A stretch of DNA of 64,000 nucleotides from Salpingoeca rosetta (GCA_033442325.1 JAWQFM010000021.1:537762-601761), one strand, 5' to 3'; shown: positions 14,117-29,832, numbered from the stretch's first letter. Translations and numbers: made by a program. Notes: generated from the sequence alone by a model not told the origin.

Positions 14117-15569
14117 CGCAGCTGGAACGCTGAGACCTCGGACAAGCCCGCCGCCCCCGCCGATGGCCCCGCCAACATGGCGCCCGAGGGCGAGATTGAG
14201 TCCAACTGGAACGAGGTTGTTGACAACTTCGACGACATGGGTCTCAAGGCCGAGCTTCTCCGTGGCATCTACTCGTACGGTTTCGAGCGCCCCTCCGCCA
14301 TCCAGCAGCGCGCCATCGTGCCCTGCACCAAGGGCCGCGACGTGATTGCCCAGGCCCAGTCCGGTACCGGTAAGACGGCCACCTTCTCCGTCTCCGTGCT
14401 GCAGCGCATCGACACCACCCGCCCCGAGTGCCAGGCCCTCATCCTCGCCCCCACCCGCGAGCTTGCCACCCAGAGCCTGGACGTGCTCGAGAACCTCGGC
14501 CAGTACATGGACGTCAAGACCATGGGCTGCATCGGCGGTACCCGCGTGCAGGACGACATGGCCAAGCTCGAGCAGGGCGTGCAGGTCATCGTCGGTACCC
14601 CCGGTCGTGTCTTCCACATGATCAACAGCGGTGCCCTCGACGTGTCCAACCTGGGCGTGTTTGTCCTCGATGAGGCCGATGAGATGCTTTCCTTTGGCTT
14701 CACCGACCAGATCTACGACATCTTCCAGACGCTCCCCAAGGACGTCCAAGTCATCCTCATCTCCGCCACCATGCCCGATGACGTGCTCGAGGTGACCAAG
14801 CGCTTCATGCGCGACCCCATCCGCATCCTCGTCAAGAAGGAGCAGCTCACCCTCGAGGGTATCCGCCAGTTCTACGTCGACGTCGGCAAGGAGGACTGGA
14901 AGCTCGAGACCCTGAGCGACATCTGGAAGACCATCACCATCTCCCAGGCCGTCATCTTCTGCAACACCCGCCGCAAGGTCGACTGGCTCACGGAGCAGCT
15001 GCGCGCCCGCGGTCACCAGGTCTCCTGCACCCACGGTGACATGACCCAGGACGAGCGTAACATGATCATGAAGGAGTTCCGCGCCGGCTCCACCCGCGTC
15101 CTCATCACCACCGATCTCCTGGCGCGCGGTATCGACGTCCAGCAGGTCTCCCTCGTCATCAACTTTGACCTCCCCAGCAACCGCGAGAACTACTTGCACA
15201 GGTGCGCACGAGCATCGTGTCGTGCATGCATGGATGGGTGTGCCTGTGCGTCGTGTGTGTGTTTCTATGTTCACGTTTGCGTCTTGTTCTTTGTGTTTCC
15301 CGTGTTGGTCACATGTGTTTTCGTTTTGACTCGTACATCACACACACACACACACACATCTGCCCGCACCTCACGCTCCTTCTCGTCCTCCCCCTTGCCA
15401 TTCAATTCGCTTTCCCTTCCACAGGATTGGCCGTAGCGGTCGTTTCGGCCGTAAGGGTGTTGCCATCAACTTTGTTGCTGAGGACGATGTGCGCCGCCTC
15501 AAGGAGCTCGAGGAGTTCTACCAGACCCAGATTGACGAGATGCCCAAGAACGTCGCCGACTTCCTCTGA
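13345..15569 (+). CDS. eIF4A: Eukaryotic initiation factor 4A (DEAD-box helicase); exons 13345-13349, 14122-15201, 15425-15569
   Basis: Motifs [51 protein letters not shown] and YLHR|[12 protein letters not shown] 5-nt first coding exon ATGAG|gtgcgt splices to cag|CTGG (MSWNAET). Codon usage is strongly biased to C-ending codons. Confidence 0.97.
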
Positions 15570-16471
15570 GCGCACCAGCCAAATTCCGCGCCGCGCCCCC
15601 ACGCGAATTTCAGCTGCTGTGTGTCTCTTGGAATACCGGTGTTGGTGGTGTTGTAGCGTCGTCGCCTGGAGTCGTTGACTCGCCTCCTGTCCTGATTCTG
15701 CTGCACCGCCATCACGTGTCCCAGGCACCCGTCATTTCTCTTTTTCTGTTTCTCCTCCATTCCTTGATGTGTGTGTCTCCGTTGCTTATTGTTGCTGTTT
15801 GTTTGCTTGGAGTGGGGTGGTTTTGTTTCTCCTCCACTGTATCTTGCATGGTGTACCGTCATTCATCGTCGTTGTAATGTCACTTTTGTTGTCGTTGTTG
15901 TCGTTGAGCTGTGCCTTTTTTGTGTACAGCGCGCTTTGTGTGCGTGCACGTTGTGTGTGTGTGTGTGTGTGTGTGTGTGGTACCGAAAGGGTTGTTCCCA
16001 CCACGCTGGTTCGCGTTTGCTTGCATGTGTGCACAAGTGACTGTGACTGATGAAGATGATGGCAATGAGGTGTGCCTTGTTGTCTTGTCTGTTGCTACTG
16101 TGGCGCCCGCCTGTCCAGCACCGTGTTTGTGCTGCTTTGCTTACATGCACCACCATAGGCCCCCCGAATTGACTGCTTCTTTGCGATCTGCTTGCGCCGC
16201 GTGTTGCCGCTACTCTGCTACTGTGCATTGTGCATCATTCTTCGAACGCTTACATGTGGTGGTCCTCACAGCCATCCCATACATAGGTCTGTCCTTGTCC
16301 TACTATCCAAATTACACATTTGACCCACAAACCTCCCGTGTGTACGTGTGGCGCAGTGTAGGGTTGTGAGGGTGTTGCAGCAACCTGGGTGCATGCTTGC
16401 TGGCTGCTGATGTTTATGACGGCGAAGACCGACGAGAGAGAAAAAGGATTCATGCACATGAAGAATGAAAC

Positions 16472-16585
<114 letters not shown>

Positions 16586-16587
16586 TA

Positions 16588-17109
16588 TCATGGTTGTGGC
16601 GTGCGTGAGCGCCAGGCAGCGAGTTGGGTGGCAAGAGCAGCGACAAAGCTGTCAACGTGTGCGGTGGTCGTGTAGAGGAAGACAGAGACGCGAATAGCGC
16701 CGTGCCGCACAGAGCAGAAGGCGTGGTGGTGTCGTTGAATGGCGGCTGCAAGGCGAGGCATCGTGGGCCAGGCGGTGTCGGGGTTGGATACGCTCGCGGG
16801 GCACACGGGCGCGTCGTGCTGCTGATCTGATGGCACAGGGGGTGTGAGACCCACAAAGTGCGGCGCGTGCGACCTGGGCACTTGGAAGCCAAGCTCCCTC
16901 GCTCCAACTGGTGGGAAGCATCAGGGGAGGGAGTGAGGGAGGTGTGCGTGAGTGTGTATGTGTGTGTGTGGGGGGGGGGGACAAACAGGCAGACAGACAG
17001 ACAACACGGCAGGACACACAAACTGGCAGACTGAAGGCCAAAACAGACAGACAGACAGACACACACACACACACACAGACGCACACACACATACACCCAC
17101 CCACACACC

Positions 17110-17154
<45 letters not shown>

Positions 17155-17206
17155 ACACACACACACACACACACAGACACACACACACGCACACACACAC
17201 ACACAC

Positions 17207-17279
<73 letters not shown>

Positions 17280-17683
17280 TGTGCCTCACCAATGAGCCTG
17301 TCCAGCAGTGGCGTGCAGTATGCCGTGATGTGAGCAGGGCCCCACGTGGTCAAATGCTGGAGTGCATCGTGCAGCATGGGCACGCCAATGTAGTTTGGAC
17401 GGCCACCGCTGTCAAAGCGACACGCACCCGGCTTGAACGGTGTTGGGTAACCCATATCCGTCATGGCGCCAACCTCGTCCCACCACGCCTCGTCCGCGTG
17501 CTCTCTTGGTGTTGAATTGTGGTTGACAGCGGTGAGTGTGAGGGGAGGAGGAGGGAGGTGGTGGTGGTGGTGGTGGTGGAAGGGGTGTCTCTTCTGGCAC
17601 TGTACGGAGGCGAACAGAGAGACAAATACACTCACACACACACTCACACACACATATATACGCACACTCACTCACAACACACA

Positions 17684-17763
<80 letters not shown>

Positions 17764-18145
17764 TCTCTCTCTCTCTCTCTCTCACACACACAACACATCA
17801 CACACACCTCCGTCTGTCGTGAAACTCGAGAGGTTGTTTGGTAAGGAGGGCGTCATCGACATAGAGCAAGCTGAAACCGTACGGGCCCAGCAGCCACTTG
17901 TGCACGCTGCACGCCACGGCTGTTGGGTGCAGGCGATCAAGGGCGAGGGGCACAACACCACCGCTCTGCGTCACATCCAATACCAGCGGGATGTTGTGCT
18001 GTTGTAATGTGAACGGGTGTGCGTGGCGTATTAGATGTACACGGGCGTTCGTGTTGAGCGCGGATGAGTTGCGAGGGACCACGGAGTACAAATACCAGGA
18101 GTGAAGGAGGCAAGGAGTCAATGAAGTGCAACCTCCACCAAAGCG

Positions 18146-18198
<53 letters not shown>

Positions 18199-18959
18199 AC
18201 ACACACACAAGCAGACAAACACAAGCACCTCGTGGCAGTATGCTGCGATTGGGTCCAGGTCAATATGACTGCCGTCAGACCAGAGATAATTGGGCAGAGC
18301 AACGGCAGCAATATACCCCTTGTGTTGATCCAGGGCATTCAAGACGGCATCTGACCAAGGCTGCAGCGTGTTGTGTGCTAGTTGGTTCCGCTGGACAACC
18401 ACCAGCGACGCACCTTCCTCCTCGCACACGCACTGCCACGGCATGACGTTGCTGGACATCTGCCCATGAAGCACGAGCACCTGTTGTGGTGGACCCACGG
18501 TGGGTGGATGCGGTGTGACAGGACGGGACGTATTACTGTGGCGTCAGTGAAGGTGTGGACTTGTGTCCACCCTTGCTCAACGAAGGAACGAAGACATGCA
18601 TACCCACAGGCTTGTTAGCGCGCGCAAACGCAGATACACACACACACACACGCACACACACATGCACACACACACGCACACACACGCACACACACGCACA
18701 CGCACACGCACGCACACACATGCACACACACACACACACGCAACATACCCGTTGGCCTTGTTGGATGGAGAGCGAGCGTGCAATGAGCGTCATGGCGTAG
18801 CTGGTGGATGGCACCATGGCCACTGCGTGTTCGCGCAGGTGTGCCGCCTCTCTTGACAGCCCGAGAGCTTGCAGGTACATGCGCCGAATGTCGGTTATCA
18901 TGGCCTCATTATCTGCACGCCAGCAGCACGACAACAGCAATCATGAGTTGGAGCGCAAG

Positions 18960-19017
<58 letters not shown>

Positions 19018-19493
19018 ACGTGAGCTGTGAAGGTGAGCGGTACCTGCAAATGCCCAAGGGCGGGATTTTGTCCTGAGAGCCTCAATGCCAACCTGCTCGG
19101 TTGATTTCAGGAGGGGCCCCCTGCCTTGGGGTATCCAACAAGAAACGAGGGGAGGGGGGAGAGAAGAAACGTGAGGAGCTGAGGAGAGACGCGCGAGAGA
19201 TACTTCCAGAGATGCTTCAAGAGATGCTTCACAAGCCAACAAAACGGTCAGGTGATCGATCTCGAGCCTCATGCTCACGTACACACGCACATGCACAAGA
19301 AGGCGTGTGCACGTCATGTTGGTATGCTAGCTGCTGCACCTGCGTTGTTGAAGTACAGCACTTGTCTGTCCTCTTCTTTGTCATCATCCACAAAAGCGAA
19401 AAGATGCCGAACATCCAATCCAGGGTTGTCGGCGTGTGGCGTCTCTGCATGCTCCTTCGAATCATTCATCCTGTCAGTAGGTGTGAGTGCCAT
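16588..19493 (-). CDS. PLP-dependent aminotransferase class V (cysteine desulfurase/selenocysteine lyase-like), bacterial-type; about 7 exons
   Basis: VLYFNNAG|[47 protein letters not shown] (PLP lysine), [23 protein letters not shown]; stop at 16588. Confidence 0.9.
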
Positions 19494-19734
19494 GAGGTTT
19501 GATGTGTGTGGTAGCAGAGCAAGTTAACCCACCAGTGAACGCAATGCACATACACGCATCCTGACACACACACCACACACACACATCCACACATCGACAC
19601 ACACATCCACACATAGACACCCATACATCACACACACACACACATCATGCCACACACAAACACAGACACACACATCACACACATCACACACTGCTAGTTC
19701 GTGTGTCCGTCTCCGCTTCACCTGTCACATCGGA

Positions 19735-19812
19735 TTTGAATCGTTGGCGCGCCAAAACTGGCCTTAAAGATGCATGGAATCACAATTCGGCGGATGGCGC
19801 CAAAACTTTGAA
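19735..19812 (+). promoter_or_regulatory. Two E2F-like sites, each adjacent to a CHR-like TTTGAA, in the divergent promoter upstream of thymidine kinase
   Basis: TTTGAA 19735-19740, TTGGCGCGCCAAAA 19744-19757, TGGCGCCAAAA 19795-19805, TTTGAA 19807-19812. Confidence 0.6.
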
Positions 19813-19835
19813 AGGACAAAAACCGCGCCATCAGC

Positions 19836-19886
<51 letters not shown>

Positions 19887-20601
19887 NNNNNNNNNNNNNN
19901 NNNNNNNNNNNNNNNNNNNNNNNNNNNNNNNNNNNNNNNNNNNNNNNNNNNNNNNNNNNNNNNNNNNNNNNNNNNNNNNNNNNNNNNNNNNNNNNNNNNN
20001 NNNNNNNNNNNNNNNNNNNNNNNNNNNNNNNNNNNNNNNNNNNNNNNNNNNNNNNNNNNNNNNNNNNNNNNNNNNNNNNNNNNNNNNNNNNNNNNNNNNN
20101 NNNNNNNNNNNNNNNNNNNNNNNNNNNNNNNNNNNNNNNNNNNNNNNNNNNNNNNNNNNNNNNNNNNNNNNNNNNNNNNNNNNNNNNNNNNNNNNNNNNN
20201 NNNNNNNNNNNNNNNNNNNNNNNNNNNNNNNNNNNNNNNNNNNNNNNNNNNNNNNNNNNNNNNNNNNNNNNNNNNNNNNNNNNNNNNNNNNNNNNNNNNN
20301 NNNNNNNNNNNNNNNNNNNNNNNNNNNNNNNNNNNNNNNNNNNNNNNNNNNNNNNNNNNNNNNNNNNNNNNNNNNNNNNNNNNNNNNNNNNNNNNNNNNN
20401 NNNNNNNNNNNNNNNNNNNNNNNNNNNNNNNNNNNNNNNNNNNNNNNNNNNNNNNNNNNNNNNNNNNNNNNNNNNNNNNNNNNNNNNNNNNNNNNNNNNN
20501 NNNNNNNNNNNNNNNNNNNNNNNNNNNNNNNNNNNNNNNNNNNNNNNNNNNNNNNNNNNNNNNNNNNNNNNNNNNNNNNNNNNNNNNNNNNNNNNNNNNN
20601 N
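19887..20601. other. Assembly gap (others at 9385-9484, 22995-23094, 48668-48767, 61437-62245)
   Basis: Runs of N, each immediately or closely preceded by a (CA)/(GT) tract. Confidence 1.
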
Positions 20602-20888
20602 AACCTTTTTGGGCCGTAAAAAACCTCGCCCCCCCCAAGGGGAAAGAGCGCGGGAGTTGGGGTGTTTACGCGTATTTTTTTGTGTGTGACCATGCCCAAG
20701 GGGGGAGCGCATGTGAGTGTGTTTTTATGTGAGGGGGGGGAGTATTTTGCGCGGATTTTGTATGGGTGAGAGAAGTGTGTCGGAGGGGAAGGACACGGGG
20801 CCCCCCAAAGCCCAGGCCAACCCCTCAAGACCTTTCCCCGGGTGAAAAAAAAAAACACAACCACCCGTTGATATATAACCCAAACACA

Positions 20889-20927
<39 letters not shown>

Positions 20928-21324
20928 GACCTGAGGGGCGCCGGGGGGATGTGACGAGGCGGGGGGTGGCGACGCCAGCAAAGGGGGCGCAGCAGCATCA
21001 CAGCACGACCACTGTTCATCATCATCGTCGTCGTTGTTGAGGCAGAGCGCAGAGGAAGAGGAAGAAGAAGAAGAAGAAGGGAGCAGCAACAGCAAACTCG
21101 TGGGTGGCAGGAAAAAAGATGAACAACATCACAAAGTGTATTCTACCAAGGCAACAATTTTATTTTTCGCCGCAGCGCTGCAGCAGCCACTACCAAACGT
21201 TCCGTTTTTTTGGTGTGCGACACAGCCCACACAACCCACACAACCACCGTCATCAGCAATAGGCAGGCAGGCACGCAGGCAGGCAGAGGCAGGCAGGGAG
21301 GGAGGATCAACGGGAAAATCAAAA

Positions 21325-21396
<72 letters not shown>

Positions 21397-21417
21397 GCAC
21401 GCACGCGCGCACGCCAG

Positions 21418-22156
21418 GCGTTTGGGCCGATCCTGGACCTCATTCCGCTGGCGGAGAGCGTGATCAAGCTGAGCGCGGTGTGTATGCTGTGCCACCGTGA
21501 GGCCGCCTTCTCCAAGCGCATCGGCAGCGAGACGGAGATTGAGGTCATTGGCGGCGCTGACAAGTACATTGCCGTGTGTCGCGAGTGCTATCACTCTGAC
21601 GGCAAGAAGCGGAACGGGAAGAAGAAGCAACAGCAGCAACAACAGCAGCAGAGTGGTGACACGACGTGTGTGCAAGGAACGAAGAGCGAGGACATGCATG
21701 CTCGCGTGAACGACTCGTTGGAGTCGACGACGACGGAGAGCGAGGGCGGTGATGCTGATGATGAACACACGCACGATGACGGGAGCGAATCGGATTCTGC
21801 GTCCAGTGATGGATTTTCGGGCACCGCCTCCCCAACAGATGCCACGCCCAGCAAGAAGAAGGAGGTGCGGTGTGTGTGTGGGTGTGTGGGTGTGGGTGTG
21901 GGTGTGGGTATGGGTGTGGGTATGGGTATGGGTGTGCGCGCGCGTAGTGTGTGTGGGTGTGTGTTTTGCGCCGTTTCCCTGTGGGTTCGAGCATGTCTAG
22001 GGTGGTCAAAGTTTGCTCTTCAAAGGAAGCATTGTCCATCAACTCACCTGAACTATCCACACCACCACTCATCACCACCACACCATTGCTGACTTCACAT
22101 CGCCACAGTTCCACCCTCGCAGCACGCGCTCCCTCTTCACGGCCACCCGCAACTAA
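21418..22156 (+). CDS. TK1: Thymidine kinase 1, C-terminal exons (21418-21864, 22109-22156); N-terminal exons lie in the gap or the low-quality region 19887-21300
   Basis: [57 protein letters not shown] is the TK1 zinc-binding/lasso region, followed by an acidic low-complexity tail. Confidence 0.92.
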
Positions 22157-22431
22157 ACAGACGCCCTCCCCCCTATCACGTGTTGTGTGTGTCCATGTCT
22201 CTCACTGTACTCAGCTGCTGCTGAAACCCGTCTTGAAAACGATCCCGCTTGCTCCCCCTGTCCCTTTTTCACTTTTGTTTCTTGCCTCTTCCCTCCTTCT
22301 TTTGCTGTCATGCGCCCTCTGGGGCCGCTGCTGTGTCGATTGCGGTCGTGTCGTGTCAATCTTGTCTTTCGATTCCCCATATAAACTGCTCCCCTGTCTG
22401 TGCATCAAGCAGCCACAACACACACACACAT

Positions 22432-22467
<36 letters not shown>

Positions 22468-22476
22468 AAGAGTCGA

Positions 22477-22914
22477 TTATCGCGCGGACGCCTTGAGTAA
22501 GGCATCCACCTGCTTGTGCAGCAGCTGCTGCGTCTTGGAGTTGAAGAGGATCGCCTGTCCTTGGGGAAGGAAGACCTTCAAGTACGCGTCCATTTGCGCT
22601 GTCTTGTCGCGCAGCTGGTGCCACGAAGGGGGGGGGGGATAGATGATGAAGGGGGTGGCGCCCGTGAGTGAGTGTTCAGTGATTGTCAAACACACACACG
22701 CACATACACACACGCATACATCCACACACAGGTACCTTGATGGTCTGTGTTTTAGCCGCACGCGAGAGAGTGGTGAGGTGCTGCACAAATCGAGACAGCG
22801 TTTGCTGTTGAACAACACGTGTGCAAGAAACGAGAGAGTGTGTGTTTGTAGGTGTGAATGATGCAGAAGGTTTCAGAATGGTGCCAGGAAATGTGTGCAA
22901 CAAGGAGCTTCAGC

Positions 22915-22954
<40 letters not shown>

Positions 22955-23290
22955 AACGCACACGTGCACACGCGCACACACGCGCACACACGCGNNNNNN
23001 NNNNNNNNNNNNNNNNNNNNNNNNNNNNNNNNNNNNNNNNNNNNNNNNNNNNNNNNNNNNNNNNNNNNNNNNNNNNNNNNNNNNNNNNNNNNNNCGCACA
23101 CATGCACACACGCACACACTTGCACTCGGCGCACCTGCAAGAGGACGATGTTTTCTGACAATTCCGCCACAGTGAACACTATTAAGCTGCGCATGGGCAG
23201 TTGGTGACGACGGGCAGAGTCGCCTTGGTTGGAAGGACGGAAGCAGGACGAACAAGCGCAAACACGGTGCGAAAAGCATGCACACACACA

Positions 23291-23360
<70 letters not shown>

Positions 23361-24025
23361 TACCTTCCGTGTTGATACCACAGGACAAACTTTGGGCGAT
23401 CCACGGCGCGTCCAGGCTCCATTCTGAAGCCGCCCTCAAGCGGTTGGGCCGACACAGCCACCCTGTTGAGGTGGGGAAGTAATTGTTCAAAACAATTGAC
23501 ATGCATCAATGGGATGTGTCTCCAAGACACACAAGCTCACGCAAGCAAGCATACTGCATGGCATTGCAAACGGCACACATTGTCAGAGCACGTACTCATC
23601 TGGGTCTGCGTTGGGGGCAGGAGGTGCACCTCGTTCAACTGCATACAGCCACAATATAATCAAGCAAGCTGTTAGCATGACGCCTTGGGCAACGTGGCAA
23701 AATCTCCCACCAACACCAACGAAGAGCGCCATGGTACGCTGATGCTGTTGCATGTTGTCTCACCTGTTCTCTGAAACGCTGCATCATCCCGTACCCGCTT
23801 GATTGTCTGCGTCGTTGACAATCAAGCCCAGCAACAACACCAAGAAACACACAGTGCCAATGTGAGGACATAGCCACTCGCCAGGTAAGCGAGACAGACA
23901 GAGGGTTGGTGATGTCAGGGAACACACGAAAACAGCAACCAGCTCACGTGTTGCAAGAACGCCTCTTGCTGGTCCTTTGGATTCCTGTACTCTTGTCGCG
24001 CCAGCGTCTTCCACGATGCGCGTAA

Positions 24026-24067
<42 letters not shown>

Positions 24068-24069
24068 TT

Positions 24070-24151
<82 letters not shown>

Positions 24152-24309
24152 ATGTGTGTGCGTTGTGTGAATGATTGGTGACAAGTGTAAACACCCACCC
24201 ACGCACACACACACATATACAGGGTCACTCGCTTGTCAAAAATCACATCCCACCCACCTCATCCCTTCCTCCTCCTTCCCCATCCCTTCTCAACTCGCAC
24301 CTTGTCCAT
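22477..24309 (-). CDS. Hypothetical multi-exon protein (spans gap 22995-23094)
   Basis: Short GT-AG-bounded coding-like blocks between microsatellite introns: MDK|TLARQEYRNPKDQQEAFLQH|..TIKRVRDDAAFQRT|..GWLCRPNRLRAASEWSLDAPW..|..WHQLRDKTAQMDAYLKVFLPQGQAILFNSKTQQLLHKQVDALLKASAR*. No family recognised. Confidence 0.45.
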
Positions 24310-24510
24310 GCCATAAAACGCGGAGAAGGCGACTGGCTGCTCGACCGATGGCCGAGCGTCCAACACACACAAACACATCACCATCACCAACCACCGTTGC
24401 TCGTTGCTCGTCGCTTGTTTGCTTCAAGTCCTGCCGAATCTGCCGAATATTGTTTATGTTAACAACAATTATCTACAAACACATCAGCTTGCTTGGCTTG
24501 CTTGCTGGTG

Positions 24511-26733
<2,223 letters not shown>

Positions 26734-27112
26734 GGTTTGGGGCGAGCGGTCCCACCCAGCTGTGGTGATGTGCTGTTCTCGGTTGGAGAGAGGGGAAGGG
26801 AGAGACTGTGCTCTTCGTGATGTGTGATGTGACACAGACAGAAGACTGTCGTATGGCCGGCTGGCTGGCTGGCTGGGGGTTGTTTGGTTCGCAGCGCGCA
26901 ACGTGCAGCAAGTGGCTAATGTACACAATTTATCGTGTCGTCGACAGCCCACTTTCGCGGAACGTGATGCCTTTGCTGTCTTCTGTCTGCCTCCTGCTGT
27001 TGTCTGTTGTTGTCTTCCTCCACCACTGTCACATTGTCACATTCACATCGCACGCTCTCCAACCAATCGTCTTCAACTTCCCTGTTACCCATCGCCATTG
27101 AAGCTCGCGACA
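26734..27112. promoter_or_regulatory. Short bidirectional promoter between the carrier and REV7, with an E2F-like TTTCGCGG
   Basis: Head-to-head ATGs are about 380 bp apart; ctttcgcgg occurs near 26952. Confidence 0.4.
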
Positions 27113-28791
27113 ATGTCTGATGAGGAGCAGAAGCGAGCGATTGCAGCGGTTGGAACCGCTGTGGTTGAATTGCTGCAGGCCAGCGTGTATGCCATCTTGG
27201 CCACCCGAGGCGTGTATCCGGCACACCTGTTTGAGAAGAGGCTGGTGTTTGGGGTGCCCACCTACTGGCCAAGGGCAGAGGCACTGGAAGACTATGTTCG
27301 CAATGGCGTCACATTTGTTCAATCAGTGCTTCAACAGGTGAGGTTGCTGTGTGTGTGCGTGTGTGTGTGTGTGTGTGTGTCTGTGTATGTGTGTGTGCGT
27401 GTATCTGTGTGTGTGTGCGTGTGTGTGCGTGTATCTGTGTGTGTGTGTGTGCGTGTATCTCTGTGTGTGTGTGTGTGCGTGTATCTGTGTGTGTTTGCAT
27501 GATGCGCGATGTGTGGGTTTGACGTGTCGTGCGTGCATCACCCACTGCAGCCACTCACCCAACGACAAACAACTGCCACCAACACAACACTGCCCACACA
27601 CTACTGTTTGCTTGCTCTAGGGCAAGCTGTTCAACTTCTTTGTCACAATTTTGAACAAGGTACAGTTGCATCTTGCACAGGAGTGTGTGCACAACGTTTG
27701 GTTGAGCTTGCGAAAGTCATAGTCTGCTGCAAGTCTGTGCCTGCAGCAGATACTTATGGCCCTCTCCTCCACCGATCCGTCCGCCTGATCCATCAAAGAG
27801 CTCACAAATCCCCAACTGTTTGGCAATGCAGGGTGGAGACCCAGTGGAGCGGTTCATATTCGACATTGACGCCGCATCGCCGTGAGTGAGACGTACATGC
27901 ATACATGTATATCTGATTATGAGTTTGGATGAGTTTTGAGTGGTGTTCAGGGAATCCCAATGTATTTGCGAGGTAGTCCTGAATGAGAAGTCTCACCCGC
28001 ACACTCACTCGCCCACTCACTCGCTCACACTCACACTCACACTCACACTCACACTCACACTCACACTCACACTCACATTCACTCACTCACTCACTCTCAC
28101 TCTCACTCTCACTCACTCACTCACTCACACACTCACTCACTCACACACACACACACACTCTCTCTCTCTCTCTCTCACCTACTCACTCACTCATATGAAC
28201 GCACACACTTACTCACTCACACACACGCACACCTGAACGCATGACAGGGATGGGAAGCATATGGTGGCTGTGGATGTGCTGGAGCGACAGTTCCGCAGTG
28301 TGCTGGTGAAGCTGAGCATGTGCGATGCCCTCCTCTCCGACAAAGGCGACGGGCTGCAGTTTGCGCTGTACGCCACTACCGATTGCGAAACGGAGGCTGT
28401 GGCTGCGCGACATGAGACAAACCCCTGGATTGTCGCAGATCAGCAAGACTGTGGCCCACACACGCACCAACCAGCCGTGTTACGTAACACCACCACCAGT
28501 ACCACTGATGTGGTTGAGATTGATGACGATGACGATGATGACGAGGTAGAAAACGGTAATGGAACTCGCGGTAGCAGCGGCGATGGCGGCGATGTTGGGG
28601 GTGACCACATGAGGTCTGCCAGGGGTCAACTGGCAGCGAAGAAGGAGCAAAATGAGAAGAAGAAGGAAGCGCAGCAACAACAGCAACAGCAGCAACAGCA
28701 ACACCAACAACGGCAACACCCGCGCATGCAAGTCTTGAAACGCGTTGCTGCACACCCACTGTCCATCCTCGTGTATGCAGAGGAAGTGTGA
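27113..28791 (+). CDS. REV7: REV7/MAD2L2 HORMA-domain protein; exons 27113-27337, 27621-27659, 27832-27881, 28248-28791
   Basis: VELLQASVYAILATRGVYPAHLFEKR..GVP, PVERFIFDI, ERQFRSVLVKLSMCDALL, NPWIVAD and ILVYAEE match the MAD2L2 pattern (EFLEVAVHLILYVREVYP..PVEKFVFEI..LRAFILKISVCDAVL..FPWILAD..QLYVEE). Confidence 0.88.
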
Positions 28792-28841
28792 CACACTTCA
28801 TTCATGTTGCGCTGCATAGGAAGTGGGCACCAACAAGCGTA

Positions 28842-28941
<100 letters not shown>

Positions 28942-29623
28942 GCGTGCGTGTGTGGGTGGGTGTAATTTATCTCTGAATGCCTCTCTTCCCCCCCCCCTCT
29001 CTCTCTCTCTTTGTCTCTCTGTACATCCTCAACCACACAACAGGCAGATGCATCGCCGTGTGTGCTTGCCATATCGTGTTCTTGGGATGTTTGTTGTCGC
29101 ACAACTCTCCAACCCCTCCTTGGTTGGCTCTTGAACGTGTAACTGGCATTATTATACGCTACCATCCCACCCCACCACTCGTCCTTCCCATCCATCCTCA
29201 CTGTCTCATGCTGGGAAAGCGGGTGTCATATTGGAGGAGAGATGATGCTGAGGCGCGCATCTCTCACATGCAGCGCAGTTGGTGATGACACGCGGAAACA
29301 GCGTCGCTGAAGAGAAACCAGGGTGGAGAAAGCACAACGCCGAAACAATGGGCAAGCCACCAAGCACAGAACGAAACATCTGAACATGAACCAGTCATAG
29401 CAAACCAGCGTTGAGAACCCGAGACAGCACGCACGCGCCTCTGGCATCAAGGCAGCCACACGAGCAGATGAGCAACAACGAAAAACAGCGCCGCCAATGA
29501 ACAAACGAAAGCGAACACAAGTGCCTGCAGCTCTCACGTTGGAGACACAGAGAGATTGTGAGTGTGTGTGTGAGAGACAGACAGAGAGAGAGAGAGAGTG
29601 TGTGTGTGTGTGTGTGTGAGTGA

Positions 29624-29699
<76 letters not shown>

Positions 29700-29832
29700 C
29701 GTCACCACTTCACCGGAGAGAAGAAAGAAACCACGGTGCAACCAGCAACCACTAGCCGGCAACCAGAAGCATGAAACACGCCACCAGCCAGACAACTCCT
29801 GACATCATCACATCCCCCCCCCCCTTCCGAGA

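Noticed and set aside
13979-15274. 431-aa antisense ORF over eIF4A (similar cases over AMN and MED25)
   Set aside because: Shadow of strong codon bias in the sense gene
20602-21230. Odd G/C/A homopolymer-rich sequence after the gap
   Set aside because: Looks like low-quality contig-end sequence, probably garbled TK exons and introns
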